Assembly (NCBI GenBank): GCA_963835005.1
Contig: CAWIEA010000005.1
Location: 44,069-108,068, forward strand
DNA length: 64,000 nt
Direction of reading: 5' to 3'
Origin: an uncultured Acidimicrobiia bacterium
GTDB taxonomy: Bacteria; Actinomycetota; Acidimicrobiia; IMCC26256; JAENVU01
Position 1 is the stretch's first letter; every line of letters begins with the position of its first letter. Below the pieces are notes generated by a model. The model ran no database searches. It was not told where the DNA came from and saw only the letters and a program-made list of their open reading frames with translations. This document shows positions 1-10,571 of this stretch, one piece after another. Made by a program: the position numbers and the translations under genes.

Positions 1-1
1 G

Positions 2-2206
2 GTCGTGGTGCCCGACAACTTCGGGGCCGACGAGGAGTTCTCCTCGTACTTCGGAGCCATGGAGTACCGCAAGAAGTTTGCGGACCCCCGCATCGACGCA
101 CCGGAGGGGAGCCCCCGTCACGCGACGCTCTGCTTCGCCGCGGTCGACTACTTCGCGGAGGTCTGGCTGAACGACGAGCGCCTCGGCGCGCACGAGGGCT
201 GCTTCGCCCCGTTCGCCTTCGACGTGACCGACCGGCTGCAGAAGAGCAATGACGTGCTCGTCCGGGTGCAGGACCCGCTCGAGCCACTCGCCGCCGACCA
301 CTACTTCTTCGCCCACAAGAAGCGGATCATCAAGGGCACGCTGAAGTACCACGACAGCCGCCCCGGCGGGCTCCCCGGCCGCATGCGCCACCCGATCGAG
401 GGCGACGACTCGCGGGACGTGTGGACGCCCGAGTGGGGTCAGTCGATGACGACGGCCGGCATCGTCGGCCCGGTCACGCTCGAGCGCACCGGCGACGTTT
501 CGATCGACGCGCTGTTCGTCACCCCGCTCGACCACCAGGCCGGCACCGTCCAGGTCGCGAGCGTCCTCGTGAACCACGGCGACGCCGACTGCGCCGTCAC
601 ACTCCACCTCGCGGTCGGCGACGACCGGGCCGCCGTCACCTGCACGCTGATGCCGGGTGCGCACCGCGTCGATGTCGTCACCGACCTGCCCGGGCTCGAC
701 CACTGGCAGCCGGTCCACTCCCCGAGCGGAACACCCGCACTCCACGAGCTCGTTGCCATTGCCGAGGTCGACGGCCGCGCCGCCGACAAGCGCGCCACCA
801 CGTTCGGGTTGCGCACCGCCCGGGTCGTCACCGACGACGGGCACCCGCGCCACCTCGAGGTCAACGGGCGGCCGGTCTTCGTGAAGGCGGTCAACTACAT
901 CCCGTGGCAGCACTTCGCCGAGGTCGGACGGGCGTTCTACGACCGCGACATGCGCATGATCGCCGACGCCCACGGGAACTCGGTCGGCGTGCACGCGCAC
1001 GTGCAGTCGCCGCACGCGTACGACGCCGCGGACACCGCCGGCGTCCTCGTCTTCCAGGACTTCCCGCTGCAGTGGTTCTACGACAGCGGCACCGAGACGA
1101 ACCGGGGCTTCGTCGAGGAGGCGCAGCGCCAGATCGCGGACATGGCGTACCTGCTGCACGACCACCCGAGCGTCGTCTACTACGCCTGCCACAACGAACC
1201 GCTCCGGCAGTTCATCCCGACGACAGCCGCCGACGACACCCCCGAGCGCGACGTCGGCGAACGCCACCTCGACGCCGCGCTCTTCGAGACGCTGACCTCG
1301 GTCGAGGACTCGCGTCACGTGCACGAAGCATCCGGCATCGGCGACGACGTCCACGCGTACATGGGCTCACTCGGCGGCGGGAATCTCTACCGGGTCTCGG
1401 AGCAGCCCGCGTGGTTCGTGAGCGAGTACGGCTTCTGGACCGTCGGGCCGCAGGCGATGAAGTACGGCGACACGGGTTGGCCACCGACCGTCGAGCAGAT
1501 GCGCCAGTGGGTGAGCCGGCTCTCGTTCATCGGATCGACCGTCGGCTACGCCGGCCTCCCCGACCGCTACGACTCGCTCGACGCGTGGGCCGCGGCCACC
1601 GAGGCGTACGGCGCCGCGCTGGCCAAGCACCAGACCGAGTGGTTCCGGATCCACCGGGGGGAGCCGTACATGGGGTACCGCTGGCACTTCTGGTCCGACT
1701 GGTGGGGCTACACGGGCGGCGGGCTCGTCGACGTCGAACGCAAGCCGAAGCGCACCTACACGGCCTTCCGTGACGCGTCCCGCCCGCGGCTCGTCACCGC
1801 GCGCACCGACCGCTCCGTCTACGAGCCGGGCGACGTCACCCTGCCGGTCTTCGTGGTCAACGACACCGCCGAGTCGTGGACGGGCACCGTGCGCTGGGAC
1901 GTGCGCGACGCGACCTCCGCGGTGATCGCGCCCGACCCGCGCGGGTTCCGCATCGGGTTCGCCTGGCCGGACGACGGCGTGCCGGTCGCCGTCCCCCGCT
2001 CGGAGGGCGACGTGCTCGAGTCGGGCTCGTTGACGATCGATGCCCCGCCCGAGCAGTCGACCCGGCTCGGCGAGCTCGCGGTCCGGCTCGAGCCCGGTAC
2101 CGCGCGCACCGTGAGGTTCACCTGGGGCGACGAGACGAACTTCGTGCACCTCCACTGCCCCGCTCCGGGCGCGACGTTCGCACCCGGGTGGAGCGTGACC
2201 GGGTGA
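2..2206 (+). CDS. glycoside hydrolase family 2 protein (beta-mannosidase/beta-galactosidase-like), 5' end outside window
   Basis: ORF track 5..2206 is open to the window edge. The translation has GH2-style segments (AVDYFAEVWLNDERLGAHEGCFAPFAFDVTD, VNYIPW, YYACHNEP, WFVSEYGFW). Its stop overlaps the next start (GTGA at 2203-2206). Confidence 0.8.
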   Translation, partial: VVVPDNFGADEEFSSYFGAMEYRKKFADPRIDAPEGSPRHATLCFAAVDYFAEVWLNDERLGAHEGCFAPFAFDVTDRLQKSNDVLVRVQDPLEPLAADHYFFAHKKRIIKGTLKYHDSRPGGLPGRMRHPIEGDDSRDVWTPEWGQSMTTAGIVGPVTLERTGDVSIDALFVTPLDHQAGTVQVASVLVNHGDADCAVTLHLAVGDDRAAVTCTLMPGAHRVDVVTDLPGLDHWQPVHSPSGTPALHELVAIAEVDGRAADKRATTFGLRTARVVTDDGHPRHLEVNGRPVFVKAVNYIPWQHFAEVGRAFYDRDMRMIADAHGNSVGVHAHVQSPHAYDAADTAGVLVFQDFPLQWFYDSGTETNRGFVEEAQRQIADMAYLLHDHPSVVYYACHNEPLRQFIPTTAADDTPERDVGERHLDAALFETLTSVEDSRHVHEASGIGDDVHAYMGSLGGGNLYRVSEQPAWFVSEYGFWTVGPQAMKYGDTGWPPTVEQMRQWVSRLSFIGSTVGYAGLPDRYDSLDAWAAATEAYGAALAKHQTEWFRIHRGEPYMGYRWHFWSDWWGYTGGGLVDVERKPKRTYTAFRDASRPRLVTARTDRSVYEPGDVTLPVFVVNDTAESWTGTVRWDVRDATSAVIAPDPRGFRIGFAWPDDGVPVAVPRSEGDVLESGSLTIDAPPEQSTRLGELAVRLEPGTARTVRFTWGDETNFVHLHCPAPGATFAPGWSVTG

Positions 2207-4105
2207 CCCGCACCCTCCGGACCGAGGACGTCGAGCTCGAGCTGGGCTCCGGCGCGTGGACCGCGCGCTGGCGGTCGTGCGGTGTGGTCCTCGGCCCGTG
2301 CCACGCGGCCGTCGACGGCGCGGCGGTCACCTCCGCCGACACGGGCACCTGGAAGGTCGAGACGACCCGCACCGGAGCGCAGGCCCGGTGGACGGGCCGC
2401 AACGGGATCTGGATCGAGCTCCGCCTGCCCGCGACCGGCGACGTGTTCGAGGTGCAAGCGGGCTACCAGCCGACCGCCGACGGCCACATCGGGGCCGTCG
2501 TCGCGCTGACCGGGGCGCTGGCGCCGACCGTCGACCGCACGCTGGTCAACGGCTACGACTCGTGGTCGTACGCCGGTGTGCGCGCCGGAACGGAACCCGT
2601 CGACTCGTGGTGGAGCGCGACGTTCGCGACCCCGGTCGGAGCCGTCGCGGTGCAGGCGCTCACGAGCGAGCGCTTCGTCACCCGCATCGTCGGCACCGGG
2701 ACGTCCGTCGCGGTGCGGTCCGAGCTCGCGCCGACACATCATCTCGTCGAGGGCAGCTGGGGCCACGAGAACCGTCCGAGCCTGCTGACCGTCCCCGCGG
2801 GGGCCGGCGACCAGCTCGTGTCGGAGCCGATCGCGATCACCGCCGACCCCGACCCGCTCGTCGCGACCGAGCGCGTCGCCGCGCTCGTCGCGCGCCGGCG
2901 CGTGGGACGGTCCACCGGCGCTCGGCTGGGAGTCCTGGTACCACTACGCGACGCGGATCAGCATCCGCCGGCTGCTCGAGAACGGGGAGCTCCTGCGCGA
3001 GCGCTTCGGCAACCGGCCCGGCTTCGACCTGCTGCAGATCGACGACGGCTGGCAGGTCGCGCACGGAGCCTGGTGGCCACGCGACCGCTTCCCCGACGAC
3101 TTCGGCGAGGTCATCGAGGCGATCCACCGGCTCGATCTCCGCGCCGGGCTCTGGCTCGCGCCGTTCATGGTCGAGCCCGGCGCGCCGGGTCTCGGCACGG
3201 AGCACGAGGACTGGTGCGTCGTCGACGCCGCGACCGGCGAGACCATCAAGGACCGGCACGGCCGCTGGGCCCTCGACGCGTCCAACCCCGACGCGGTCGA
3301 CTTCCTGCGCGACCTCGGCCGCACCGTGCGCGGCTGGGGCGTCGACATGGTCAAGCTCGACTTCCTCTACCTCGGCCCCCAGGAAGGCACGCGCCACGAC
3401 CCGCGGGTCACCGGGACCGCGGCGCTCCGTCGCGGCCTCCGCGCCTTCGTCGACCAGCTCGGGGAGCAGGTCTACGTGCTCGGGTGCGGGGCGCCGATGC
3501 TCCCGATGGTCGGCATCTGCCACGCGAACCGGATCGGGCACGACCTCGCGGTGCCGATCCTCGCCCGGGAGTGGTTCGATCAGCCCCTCTCCGACGGGTG
3601 GACGGGGTGGCGGGGCATCAAGGCCCAGGCCCGCCAGGCCGCTTGCCGGTGGGCGACCCACGGCCGCTGGTTCCACAACGACCCCGAGATCGTCATGGCC
3701 TGGGGCAGCGACGGACGCGGCGGTCCCGACGGCTACACGCTCGAGGAGGCGCACACCCAGGCGGTCGTCGCCGCGCTGACCGGCGGGCCGTACCTCCTCG
3801 CCGACGAGCTCGCCACGCTCCTCCCCGAGGAGCGGGCGGTGCTCGAGGACCCCGCGGTGCTCGACCTCGCCTGGGACGAGCACGGCTTCCGGCCGCTCGA
3901 CCTGTTCGACCGCGTCGACCGCGGCCGGCAGCACGCGTACGCGCAGCCGGACGACCTGCCGTCGGTCTGGGTCGCGACTCGGAACGTGGGCAGCGTCGTC
4001 GCGCTCTTCAACTGGACCGACGCGGACGCCGAGCGGAGAACCCCGGACGGCAGCACGGTCATGGTGCCCGCCCACGGCGTGCGGATCATCCGTCAGACGC
4101 GGTGA
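2203..4105 (+). pseudogene. alpha-galactosidase (GH36-like), one frameshift near 2895
   Basis: The N-terminal ~230 aa read in the frame of ORF 1876..4164 from GTG 2203 (VTRTLRTEDVELELG...NGYDSWSYAG). The sensible reading then jumps +1 into the frame of ORF 3167..4105 (GAWDGPPALGWESWYHY...LLQIDDGWQ...VDMVKLDFLY...GCGAPM). After ~2900 the first frame becomes Arg/Pro-rich nonsense. Confidence 0.75.
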
Positions 4106-4132
4106 TCCGAACCCGGAAGCTGCGTTTCTCAC

Positions 4133-4190
4133 CCTCGTTTCGGTGTGAGTTCCCGGTGCTCTGAGGCCCCGAACTCACACCGAAACGAGG
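4133..4190. terminator. perfect 20-bp inverted repeat with 18-nt loop between convergent genes; copy 1 of the TTTCGGTG...CACCGAAA element family
   Basis: The arms CCTCGTTTCGGTGTGAGTTC (4133-4152) and GAACTCACACCGAAACGAGG (4171-4190) are exact reverse complements. The element lies between the alpha-galactosidase stop (4105) and the minus-strand gene stop (4210). Confidence 0.75.
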
Positions 4191-4209
4191 TGGATATCAG
4201 TGAAAATAC

Positions 4210-4671
4210 TCAGGCTGCGCCCCGGGTGATCCCGGCGGCCTTCAGGTCCTCTGCGGGGACACCGGCTTCGCGCCAGGCGCTGTAGGAGATCCCCTTGCGC
4301 TTGGCGTAGGGCTTGGCGTGCTTCACGAAGCCCCGACGCAGCTCGCTCAGGTCCACCTTCACCGAAAAGGCCGTCGAGCTCGGTCTCCAGGTCGATGCGA
4401 CGCTGGGCCAGCTCGAGCTTGCGCAGCCCCGTGGCCGGCCCGATCTGGTCCTTCACCTCGTCGAGCTGGCGTTGGACGGTGTCCTTGGTCCGCTTCCGGC
4501 CGCGCTTGGGCTTGTTGGCGTCGAGCGCCTCGAGGTAGGCGCGCACGTGGCGCGACGCCTCGCGGCCCTCGGCGAGCGCCTGCTTGTGCTCCGCCGTCAT
4601 CTTCGCGGGGCCCCGCTTACGGCCGGTCTTTGCGGGGCGCGGCTTCCAGTGGCCTTCTTTGCCGGAGGCAT
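4210..4671 (-). pseudogene. conserved basic hypothetical protein, frameshifted near 4365 (possibly also near 4640)
   Basis: ORF 4175..4726 reads ...KPRPAKTGRKRGPAKMTAEHKQALAEGREASRHVRAYLEALDANKPKRGRKRTKDTVQRQLDEVKDQI...LETELDGL and then turns to nonsense. Shifting one base at the A4/T4 run (~4365) gives VKVDLSELRRGFVKHAKPYAKRKGISYSAWREAGVPAEDLKAAGITRGAA-stop (TGA = 4210-4212). AAGGAG lies 8 nt before an ATG at 4671, but that ATG is in a third frame, so the start is uncertain. Confidence 0.5.
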
Positions 4672-4817
4672 CGGAGCTGTTCTCCTTGGGTGACTGTCGA
4701 TACAAAGTCCCTGCCTCGCGTCGCATCCTAGCGACAATCGCGTCTCGGGTCTCACCTCCAAAGTTTCACCCTCTGATTGCGGTTCGTCAGCGGCTCGAAC
4801 CCATAGAGTTTTCGCCT

Positions 4818-5081
4818 GTGCTCATTCTGGTCTTGATCGTGATCGCCGGTGCCGTGGGGACCTTCTTCGGCATCGTGACGGTCATCCTCAAGAATGAGCG
4901 CACCACCAATCGCCATCAGCTGTTGACCAACATCCCGGCCTCGGTCGCGCTCGGGGCGATCATCAGCGTGCTACCGGCCGGGATCGTCTACGTGCTCACC
5001 AATTCACCGGCCGTCACCGGGCTCGGCGCGGTGCTCTCGGGCTTCCTCGCCGCCTGGCTGATGGAGGCGCTCGACCACTGA
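4818..5081 (+). CDS. small hydrophobic membrane protein (about 87 aa)
   Basis: This is the tail of ORF 4584..5081 from GTG 4818: VLILVLIVIAGAVGTFFGIVTVILKNE...ASVALGAIISVLPAGIVYVL...GLGAVLSGFLAAWLMEAL. It has 2-3 hydrophobic spans. No family was recognised. Confidence 0.4.
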   Translation: MLILVLIVIAGAVGTFFGIVTVILKNERTTNRHQLLTNIPASVALGAIISVLPAGIVYVLTNSPAVTGLGAVLSGFLAAWLMEALDH

Positions 5082-5087
5082 GGGCGG

Positions 5088-5645
5088 TCAGGCGCCGGGG
5101 TGCTGGGCCGGCCAGAGATCCCGCAACAACGCGAGCTCGGCGCCGTGGTGGACGTATTCGTCGAGCATGTGCAGGACGTACGCGGCGCGAGTGCTGTCGG
5201 CCCAACGGCCGGCCACGGGCCCGACGGTCGCCGCGAGCCGGGCGTCGTCCACGAGATCGAGGTGCGCGTCCCAGCGGTCGTGCGCGCGCTCGAGCAGCGC
5301 GATCGCGCCGGCCGCGGTCCCGGGGGGCTCGCCGTCGGGGTCGTCGAGCCCGATCGCCGGGCCCTGCGGCGGGAGGTCGAGCCACGTCGGTGCCCGATCC
5401 TCGCCGTAGAGGTCGGTCAGGTGCCAGAGCCGCCACGCGATCGTCGTGAACGGCGCGTCGGGCCCCGACGGCGGATCCCAGACCCAGCGGCCGTCGGCAC
5501 CGGGCCGGACGGACATGCACCCCGGCACGGGCTCCCAGAGGTACTCCTCGTCGGTGAGCCCCTCCAGACGACCTCGAGTGCGCTGCCAGACGTGGTCCGA
5601 CAGCGCCCGCAGCTCGCGGGTCACGTCGATCGTCGGTTCGGTCAT
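5088..5645 (-). CDS. DinB family protein (DinB_2-like four-helix bundle)
   Basis: ORF 5088..5645. The pattern ...EEYLWEP...TIAWRLWHLTD...VLHMLDEYVHHGAELALLRDL is typical of actinobacterial DinB/mycothiol-transferase-like proteins. Confidence 0.8.
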   Translation of the reverse strand: MTEPTIDVTRELRALSDHVWQRTRGRLEGLTDEEYLWEPVPGCMSVRPGADGRWVWDPPSGPDAPFTTIAWRLWHLTDLYGEDRAPTWLDLPPQGPAIGLDDPDGEPPGTAAGAIALLERAHDRWDAHLDLVDDARLAATVGPVAGRWADSTRAAYVLHMLDEYVHHGAELALLRDLWPAQHPGA

Positions 5646-5652
5646 CGCCGGG

Positions 5653-6802
5653 TCATACCCCGAGCGACCGACCGATGATCTCCTTCATGATCTCCGTCGT
5701 CCCGCCGTAGATCGTCGTGATCCGCGCGTCTGTGTACGCACGGGCGATCGGGTACTCGGCCATGTAGCCGTAGCCGCCGTGGAGCTGCAGGCACGTGTCG
5801 ATGACCCGCTTCTGGAGCTCGGTGCACCACCACTTGGCCATCGCAGCCTCCTCGGCGGTGAGCTCGCGCGTCGTTGAGCGCGAGCACGCAGCGGTCGACG
5901 AACGTCTGCGCGAGCTCGAGCTCGGTGGCCATCTCGGCGAGCTTGAAGCGGCTGTTCTGGAACGACCCGACCGGCTGGCCGAACGCGGTGCGCTCCTTGG
6001 TGTAGGCGAGCGTGGTGTCGAACGCCTGGCGGGCCGCGGCCACGCCGGTGACCGCGATCGACAGCCGCTCCTGGGGCAGCTTGTCGACGAGCGAGCGGAA
6101 CCCGCTCCCCTCTTCGCCCAGCCGGTTCGTGATCGGGACCTCGACGTCGTTGAAGAACAGCTCTGCGGTGTCCTGCGCGTGCATCCCGATCTTCTCGAGG
6201 TTGCGCCCGCGCTCGAAGCCGGGCATCCCCCGCTCGAGGATCATCAGGCTCATGCCCGCGTGCCGTTGCGACGGGTCGGTCTTCACCGCGGTGACGACGA
6301 GGTCGGCGTTGATGCCGTTGGTGATGAACGTCTTGGACCCGTTCACCACGTAGTGGTCACCGTCGAGGATCGCGCTCGTGGACATCGACGCGAGGTCCGA
6401 GCCGATCCCCGGCTCGGTCATCGCGATCGCCGTGATCAGCTCGCCCGAGCAGATGCCGGGCAGCCACCGCGCCTTCTGCTCGTCGGTGCAGAGCGTGAGG
6501 AAGTACGGGAGGCAGATGTCGTTGTGGAGCGTCCACCCGAGACCGGCGGCGTTCACGCCGGCCTGCTGGATCTCCTCCGCGATGACGACGTTGTAGCGGA
6601 AGTCGTCGACCCCGCCACCGCCGTGCTCCTCGGGTGCGGCCATGCCGAGGAATCCCTGTGCGCCCGCCTTGGCGAACACCTCGCGATCGACGATTCCGGC
6701 CTGCTCCCACTGCTCGGAGTGCGGCACCAGCTCCTTCGCGATGAAGCCGCGGACGGAGTCGCGGAAGAGCTCGTGATCGGAGTCGAAGAGCGTGCGCTGC
6801 AT
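5653..6802 (-). pseudogene. acyl-CoA dehydrogenase, one frameshift near 5866
   Basis: ORF 5642..6841 reads from MQRTLFDSDHELFRDSVRGF through ...TEPGIGSDLASM...FITNG...FGQPVGSFQNSRFKLAEMATELELAQTFVDRCVLALND. The C-terminus continues in ORF 5653..5841 (MAKWWCTELQKRVIDTCLQLHGGYGYMAEYPIARAYTDARITTIYGGTTEIMKEIIGRSLGV). Confidence 0.85.
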
Positions 6803-6821
6803 GCCCGAGACGGTACCTGTC

Positions 6822-7541
6822 TCACCAGTCGGCGGCGGCAAGGCGCTCGAGCGCGCCCGGGGTGCGGATCCCCCACCAGAACAGATCCTTGCCGTCGACC
6901 ATCCGCACCCGCGCGGTCGGGATGCCCGTCGCGACCTCGTCCAGATGCCGCGCCTTGAACGGGTACGGCTCGTCGGGCAGGAGGACCAGCTCGGGCGCGA
7001 GCCCGAGCAGCTGCTCGAGGGTCGCCTCTGGGTAGCGGTCGTCCGCGCGGCTCGACACGTTCTCCCACCCGAGCACCTGCGCCACGCTCGACCCGTAGGT
7101 GAGCGCGCCGGCGAGCATCCACGGCCGGCGCCAGATCAGCACCGCCACTCGGCCGCGGCGGTCGCGCGTCGACGACTGGACGAGGTCGCGCCACACAGCG
7201 TCGGTGAACACCGACGGCGCGTCCACGCGCACCTCCGCCGCGAGATCGGTGACGGCCTGCCCGACGTCCGAGACGGAGTGCGGTGACATCGAGTGCACTG
7301 CGAGGCCACCGCTCTGCAGGGCGGTGAAGTCGTCGAACCGGTTCTCCTCGTCGTTGACGACGACCAGATCGGGCGCGAGCGCGACGATCGCGTCGACGTC
7401 CGGGTCCTTGGTCCCACCCACGGTCGTGATGCCCGGCTGCTCGCAGAACCGGGTGCACGCAATGGGCGTGACGCCGAGCGCGAGCAGCGTCTCGGTGGCC
7501 GACGGAACGAGCGAGACGACGCGCACGGCGTACCGGCTCAC
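6822..7541 (-). CDS. periplasmic-binding-protein-fold (BtuF/cobalamin-binding-like) protein
   Basis: ORF 6822..7712 is trimmed to GTG 7541, which shares a GTGA overlap with the upstream stop. VVSLVPSATETLLALGVTPIACT...DPDVDAIVALAPDLVVV...LLGLAPELVLLPDEPYPF resembles Peripla_BP_2 proteins. No signal peptide is evident. Confidence 0.7.
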   Translation of the reverse strand: MSRYAVRVVSLVPSATETLLALGVTPIACTRFCEQPGITTVGGTKDPDVDAIVALAPDLVVVNDEENRFDDFTALQSGGLAVHSMSPHSVSDVGQAVTDLAAEVRVDAPSVFTDAVWRDLVQSSTRDRRGRVAVLIWRRPWMLAGALTYGSSVAQVLGWENVSSRADDRYPEATLEQLLGLAPELVLLPDEPYPFKARHLDEVATGIPTARVRMVDGKDLFWWGIRTPGALERLAAADW

Positions 7542-8203
7542 ATGCGCTCGAGCAGCTCGGCCTTCTTCGCCTCGTACTCGGCTTCGGTGATGTGGCCCTG
7601 GTCGCGCAGCGCCGCGAGCTTGGAGATCTGCTCCGTGATGTCGGGCGTCTCGTGCACCGGGATCGCCGTCGGCGCACCGAAGCCGGCCTCGGCGGCGGCG
7701 TGACCGGACCACGAGGCCTGGCGCTTCGCGTTCGTCTCCATCTGCCGGTAGATCTCCTGCTGGACCATGTCCGGGTGACGGACGTTGTCGAAGTGGCTCT
7801 GACCGTCGCGACCGGCCGACTCGATGTCGAGGTCACCGGCACCGATGACCCGCAGCAGGATGTTCTGGTGGAAGTCGATGTTGTTGATGCGCTCGAGCGG
7901 GATCTCGGTGCCGCGCTTCGAGACGATCCCCGACCGTGAGATGACCCTCCGGTCCGTGAGCACGAAGTGCGTGTACGTCCAGACGAGGTACTTCTCGACG
8001 ACGAAGCCGGCGTAGATCAACAGGCCGATCCCGAGCGGCCAGCCGAACCAGCTCGCGCTCCCGGTCGGGCCGATCCAGATCACGAAGGCCACCAGGAACA
8101 CCGCGCCGACGACGATGTGCTTCCAGAAGAAGAACCAGTGCGGCTTCAGATCGAGGACGACGGACTCGCCCTCGTTGATGAGCTTCCGTGGGTACGGCGG
8201 CAT
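7538..8203 (-). CDS. PH-domain (bPH_2/YdbS-like) membrane protein with C-terminal SHOCT domain
   Basis: ORF 7538..8203. It has LINEGESVVLDLKPHWFFFW, two TM spans, YTHFVLTDRRVISRSGIVSKRGTEIPLERINNIDF, and a C-terminal ISKLAALRDQGHITEAEYEAKKAELLERM. Confidence 0.8.
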   Translation of the reverse strand: MPPYPRKLINEGESVVLDLKPHWFFFWKHIVVGAVFLVAFVIWIGPTGSASWFGWPLGIGLLIYAGFVVEKYLVWTYTHFVLTDRRVISRSGIVSKRGTEIPLERINNIDFHQNILLRVIGAGDLDIESAGRDGQSHFDNVRHPDMVQQEIYRQMETNAKRQASWSGHAAAEAGFGAPTAIPVHETPDITEQISKLAALRDQGHITEAEYEAKKAELLERM

Positions 8204-8212
8204 GCCCGAAGC

Positions 8213-9523
8213 CTACGGCGCGCCCAGCACGCGATCGGCGAACTCGTTGCGGAACGTCCCGTCCGGATCGAGCTGCCGCCGGACGGCCGCGAAGCGTGAC
8301 CACTCGGGGTAGCGCGGGGCCAACGTGGCCGCGGTCTGGAAGTGCATCTTCCCCCAGTGCGGACGGCCGCCGAGCCCGTCCATCACCGCCTCCACGCCGT
8401 GGAAGTACCGCTCGAACGGCATCCCGCGCGACAGGTGCACCGCCAGGTAGCAGGTCTCGCGACCCGCAGCCATGCTCAGCGGGATGTCGTCGGCGCCGAT
8501 GCCGCGGATCTCGACGGGGATGTCGACGAGCAGGCCTTCGCGCTCGATGAGCTCGCGGATCCCGCGCAGCCCGTCGGCCATCGCGGCGCGAGGGATCGCG
8601 TACTCCATCTCCACGAACCGGACGAGGCGCCGGGTGCAGAACACGCGGTAGCTCCAGTCGACGCGCTCGCCGCCGCGCCGGAACCCGGCCACGTTCTCAC
8701 GGGCGATCTCGGGGATGCGGTCGGGATGGCGCCGACCGCGGGCGACGTCGAGACCGTGCTGGACGTTCCCGTACCAGATCTCGCGCTTCCACTTCTTGTA
8801 GCCCCGCTTGGCGCGGATCGGCGCGTCCGTGCGGTTGCTGGCCTTCACGCTGCACACGTCGGTGTGCGGGAACCAGTAGCAGTCGACGTGGTCGTTGGCG
8901 TCGAGGATCGCGTCCCACCCGCCCAGGAAGTCGGCCCACGGCATCGGCTCGACGACGGAGTGCAGCTTGAACAGCGGCTCGCACTGCAGCGTCACCTGGG
9001 TGACCACACCGAGCACCCCGAGGCCGACCCGCGCGCTCGCGAACACCTCCGGCTCCTCCGTGGCCGAGCAGCGCACGACGTCACCCGCGGCGGTGACGAG
9101 CTCCAGCCCGATGATCGCGGCGGCGATCGAGCCGTAGCGGATGCCGGTGCCGTGCGTCCCTGTCGACGTCGCGCCCGCGACCGTCTGGCGGTCGATGTCA
9201 CCGAGGTTCGAGAGCGCGAGCCCGCGGCGCGCGAGCTCCTCGTTGAGCCGCCAGAGCGGGATGCCCGCCTCGACCGTCGCGGTCAGCGCTTCCCGGTCGA
9301 TCGCGACGAGCCGGTCGAGCGCGCCGATGTGCATCATCCGACCCGACGTGCAGGCCACGTCCGAGAACGAGTGGCCGGACGCGGCCACCTTCATCGTCTG
9401 CCCGGCGCGGGACGCGCCCTGCACCGCCTCGACCACCTCGAGCAGGCTCCGGGGCTCGTCGACCGCGACCGGGTCGGCGCGCTGGTTCCCACCCCAGTTC
9501 CGCCACCCGGCCCGCCGGCTCAC
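8213..9523 (-). CDS. FAD-linked oxidoreductase, D-arabinono-1,4-lactone / L-gulonolactone oxidase family
   Basis: ORF 8213..9523 is intact at 436 aa. It has WRNWGGNQ, ASGHSFSD, the FAD-binding PCMH-type N-terminus and the ALO C-terminus (EMEYAIP...GRPHWGK). Confidence 0.85.
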   Translation of the reverse strand: MSRRAGWRNWGGNQRADPVAVDEPRSLLEVVEAVQGASRAGQTMKVAASGHSFSDVACTSGRMMHIGALDRLVAIDREALTATVEAGIPLWRLNEELARRGLALSNLGDIDRQTVAGATSTGTHGTGIRYGSIAAAIIGLELVTAAGDVVRCSATEEPEVFASARVGLGVLGVVTQVTLQCEPLFKLHSVVEPMPWADFLGGWDAILDANDHVDCYWFPHTDVCSVKASNRTDAPIRAKRGYKKWKREIWYGNVQHGLDVARGRRHPDRIPEIARENVAGFRRGGERVDWSYRVFCTRRLVRFVEMEYAIPRAAMADGLRGIRELIEREGLLVDIPVEIRGIGADDIPLSMAAGRETCYLAVHLSRGMPFERYFHGVEAVMDGLGGRPHWGKMHFQTAATLAPRYPEWSRFAAVRRQLDPDGTFRNEFADRVLGAP

Positions 9524-10019
9524 TGGTACTTCACCCGTGCGAACACCTCACCGACCGACGCGACCCGGTCGAGGAACACCAGGCCGTCGAGATGATCGAG
9601 CTCGTGGAGGATCGCCCGCGCTTCGAATGCGTCCGCCTCGATGACGCGCTCGGTCCCCTCGGGCGTCAGGCCCTGGACCACGATCTCGGTGGCGCGCGCG
9701 ACGTTGCCCGTCAGGTCGGGCACGCTCATGCACCCTTCACGCGCGGTCTCGGCGCGCGGGCCACCAGCAGTCGCGGGTCGAACAGCACGAACGCACCATG
9801 GCACGACTTGGCCTTCTTGTGGCCGCTGACGTCCACCGAGAACGCGCGCCGGTTCGATCCGATCTGGTTCGCGGCGAGCCCGACGCAGGCGGGCGACTCG
9901 CGCATCGTCTCCATCAGGTCGCCGGCCAGCCGGCGGGCATCGTCGTCGATCGTGCCGACCGGCCGCGCGACATCTTGCAGCACCGGGTGCGGCAGGCGGA
10001 GGACCGGACGGACGGCCAA
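9520..10019 (-). pseudogene. def: peptide deformylase, one frameshift near 9765
   Basis: The N-terminus is in ORF 9726..10019 (MAVRPVLRLPHPVLQ...GLAANQIG...). The C-terminus is in ORF 9520..9804 (...EGCMSVPD...HELDHLDG). All three PDF motifs are present but split over two frames. Confidence 0.8.
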
Positions 10020-10028
10020 GGTGCAGGG

Positions 10029-10571
10029 TCAGAGGACGTCCGCGTCGGCGACGCGGATCGACGCTTCGACACCCAGCTCGGCGGCGAGCGCGGTGAGGCC
10101 CGCCCGCAGCCCGTCGACCGCGAGACCGGTCGGGAGGGTGACCTCGAGGACCATGGCGTAGACGGGGTCGGCGGCGTCACCGATGACGCGGGTGGCGAGG
10201 TCCGTGATGTTGACGGACGCACCGGCCAGGTGCGTGACCACCCGGTGGACGATCCCGGGACGGTCTGCGCCGTAGACCGAGAGCACGCAGTGCTCCCCCG
10301 GCGCGGCCAGGGCCTGCTCGGCTCCGATCGCCCGGACCGCGAGCCCGAGGTCGAGGCGGCTCGCCGGCTCCCGCAGGGCCCGTTCGAGGTCGACGACGCC
10401 CACGCCGTCGGGCAGCTCGACCACGAGGACCATCGCGAACTGCCCCGAGAGGATCGTCATCGAGCAGTCCTCGAGGTTGCAGCCCTCCTCGAACAGCGGC
10501 CCGGTGATCGCGGCCGCGATCCCGGGGCGGTCCGCGCCGAGCGTCCAGACGACGGCCCGGTTCACGCCCAC
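10029..10571 (-). CDS. tandem ACT-domain protein (GcvR-like)
   Basis: ORF 10029..10571 has two repeats of the DRPGI(A/V)...(T/I)...L....G.NI pattern (GADRPGIAAAITGPLFEEGCNLED; GADRPGIVHRVVTHLAGASVNITD). Confidence 0.7.
   Translation of the reverse strand: MGVNRAVVWTLGADRPGIAAAITGPLFEEGCNLEDCSMTILSGQFAMVLVVELPDGVGVVDLERALREPASRLDLGLAVRAIGAEQALAAPGEHCVLSVYGADRPGIVHRVVTHLAGASVNITDLATRVIGDAADPVYAMVLEVTLPTGLAVDGLRAGLTALAAELGVEASIRVADADVL

Noticed and set aside
4727-4960. A local GC dip (lower-GC stretch around the small membrane-protein gene), considered as a sign of a genomic island or mobile-element boundary.
   Set aside because: It is only about 200 bp long. It has no flanking direct repeats and no integrase, transposase or tRNA nearby. 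It is consistent with a divergent promoter region plus a hydrophobic small ORF.
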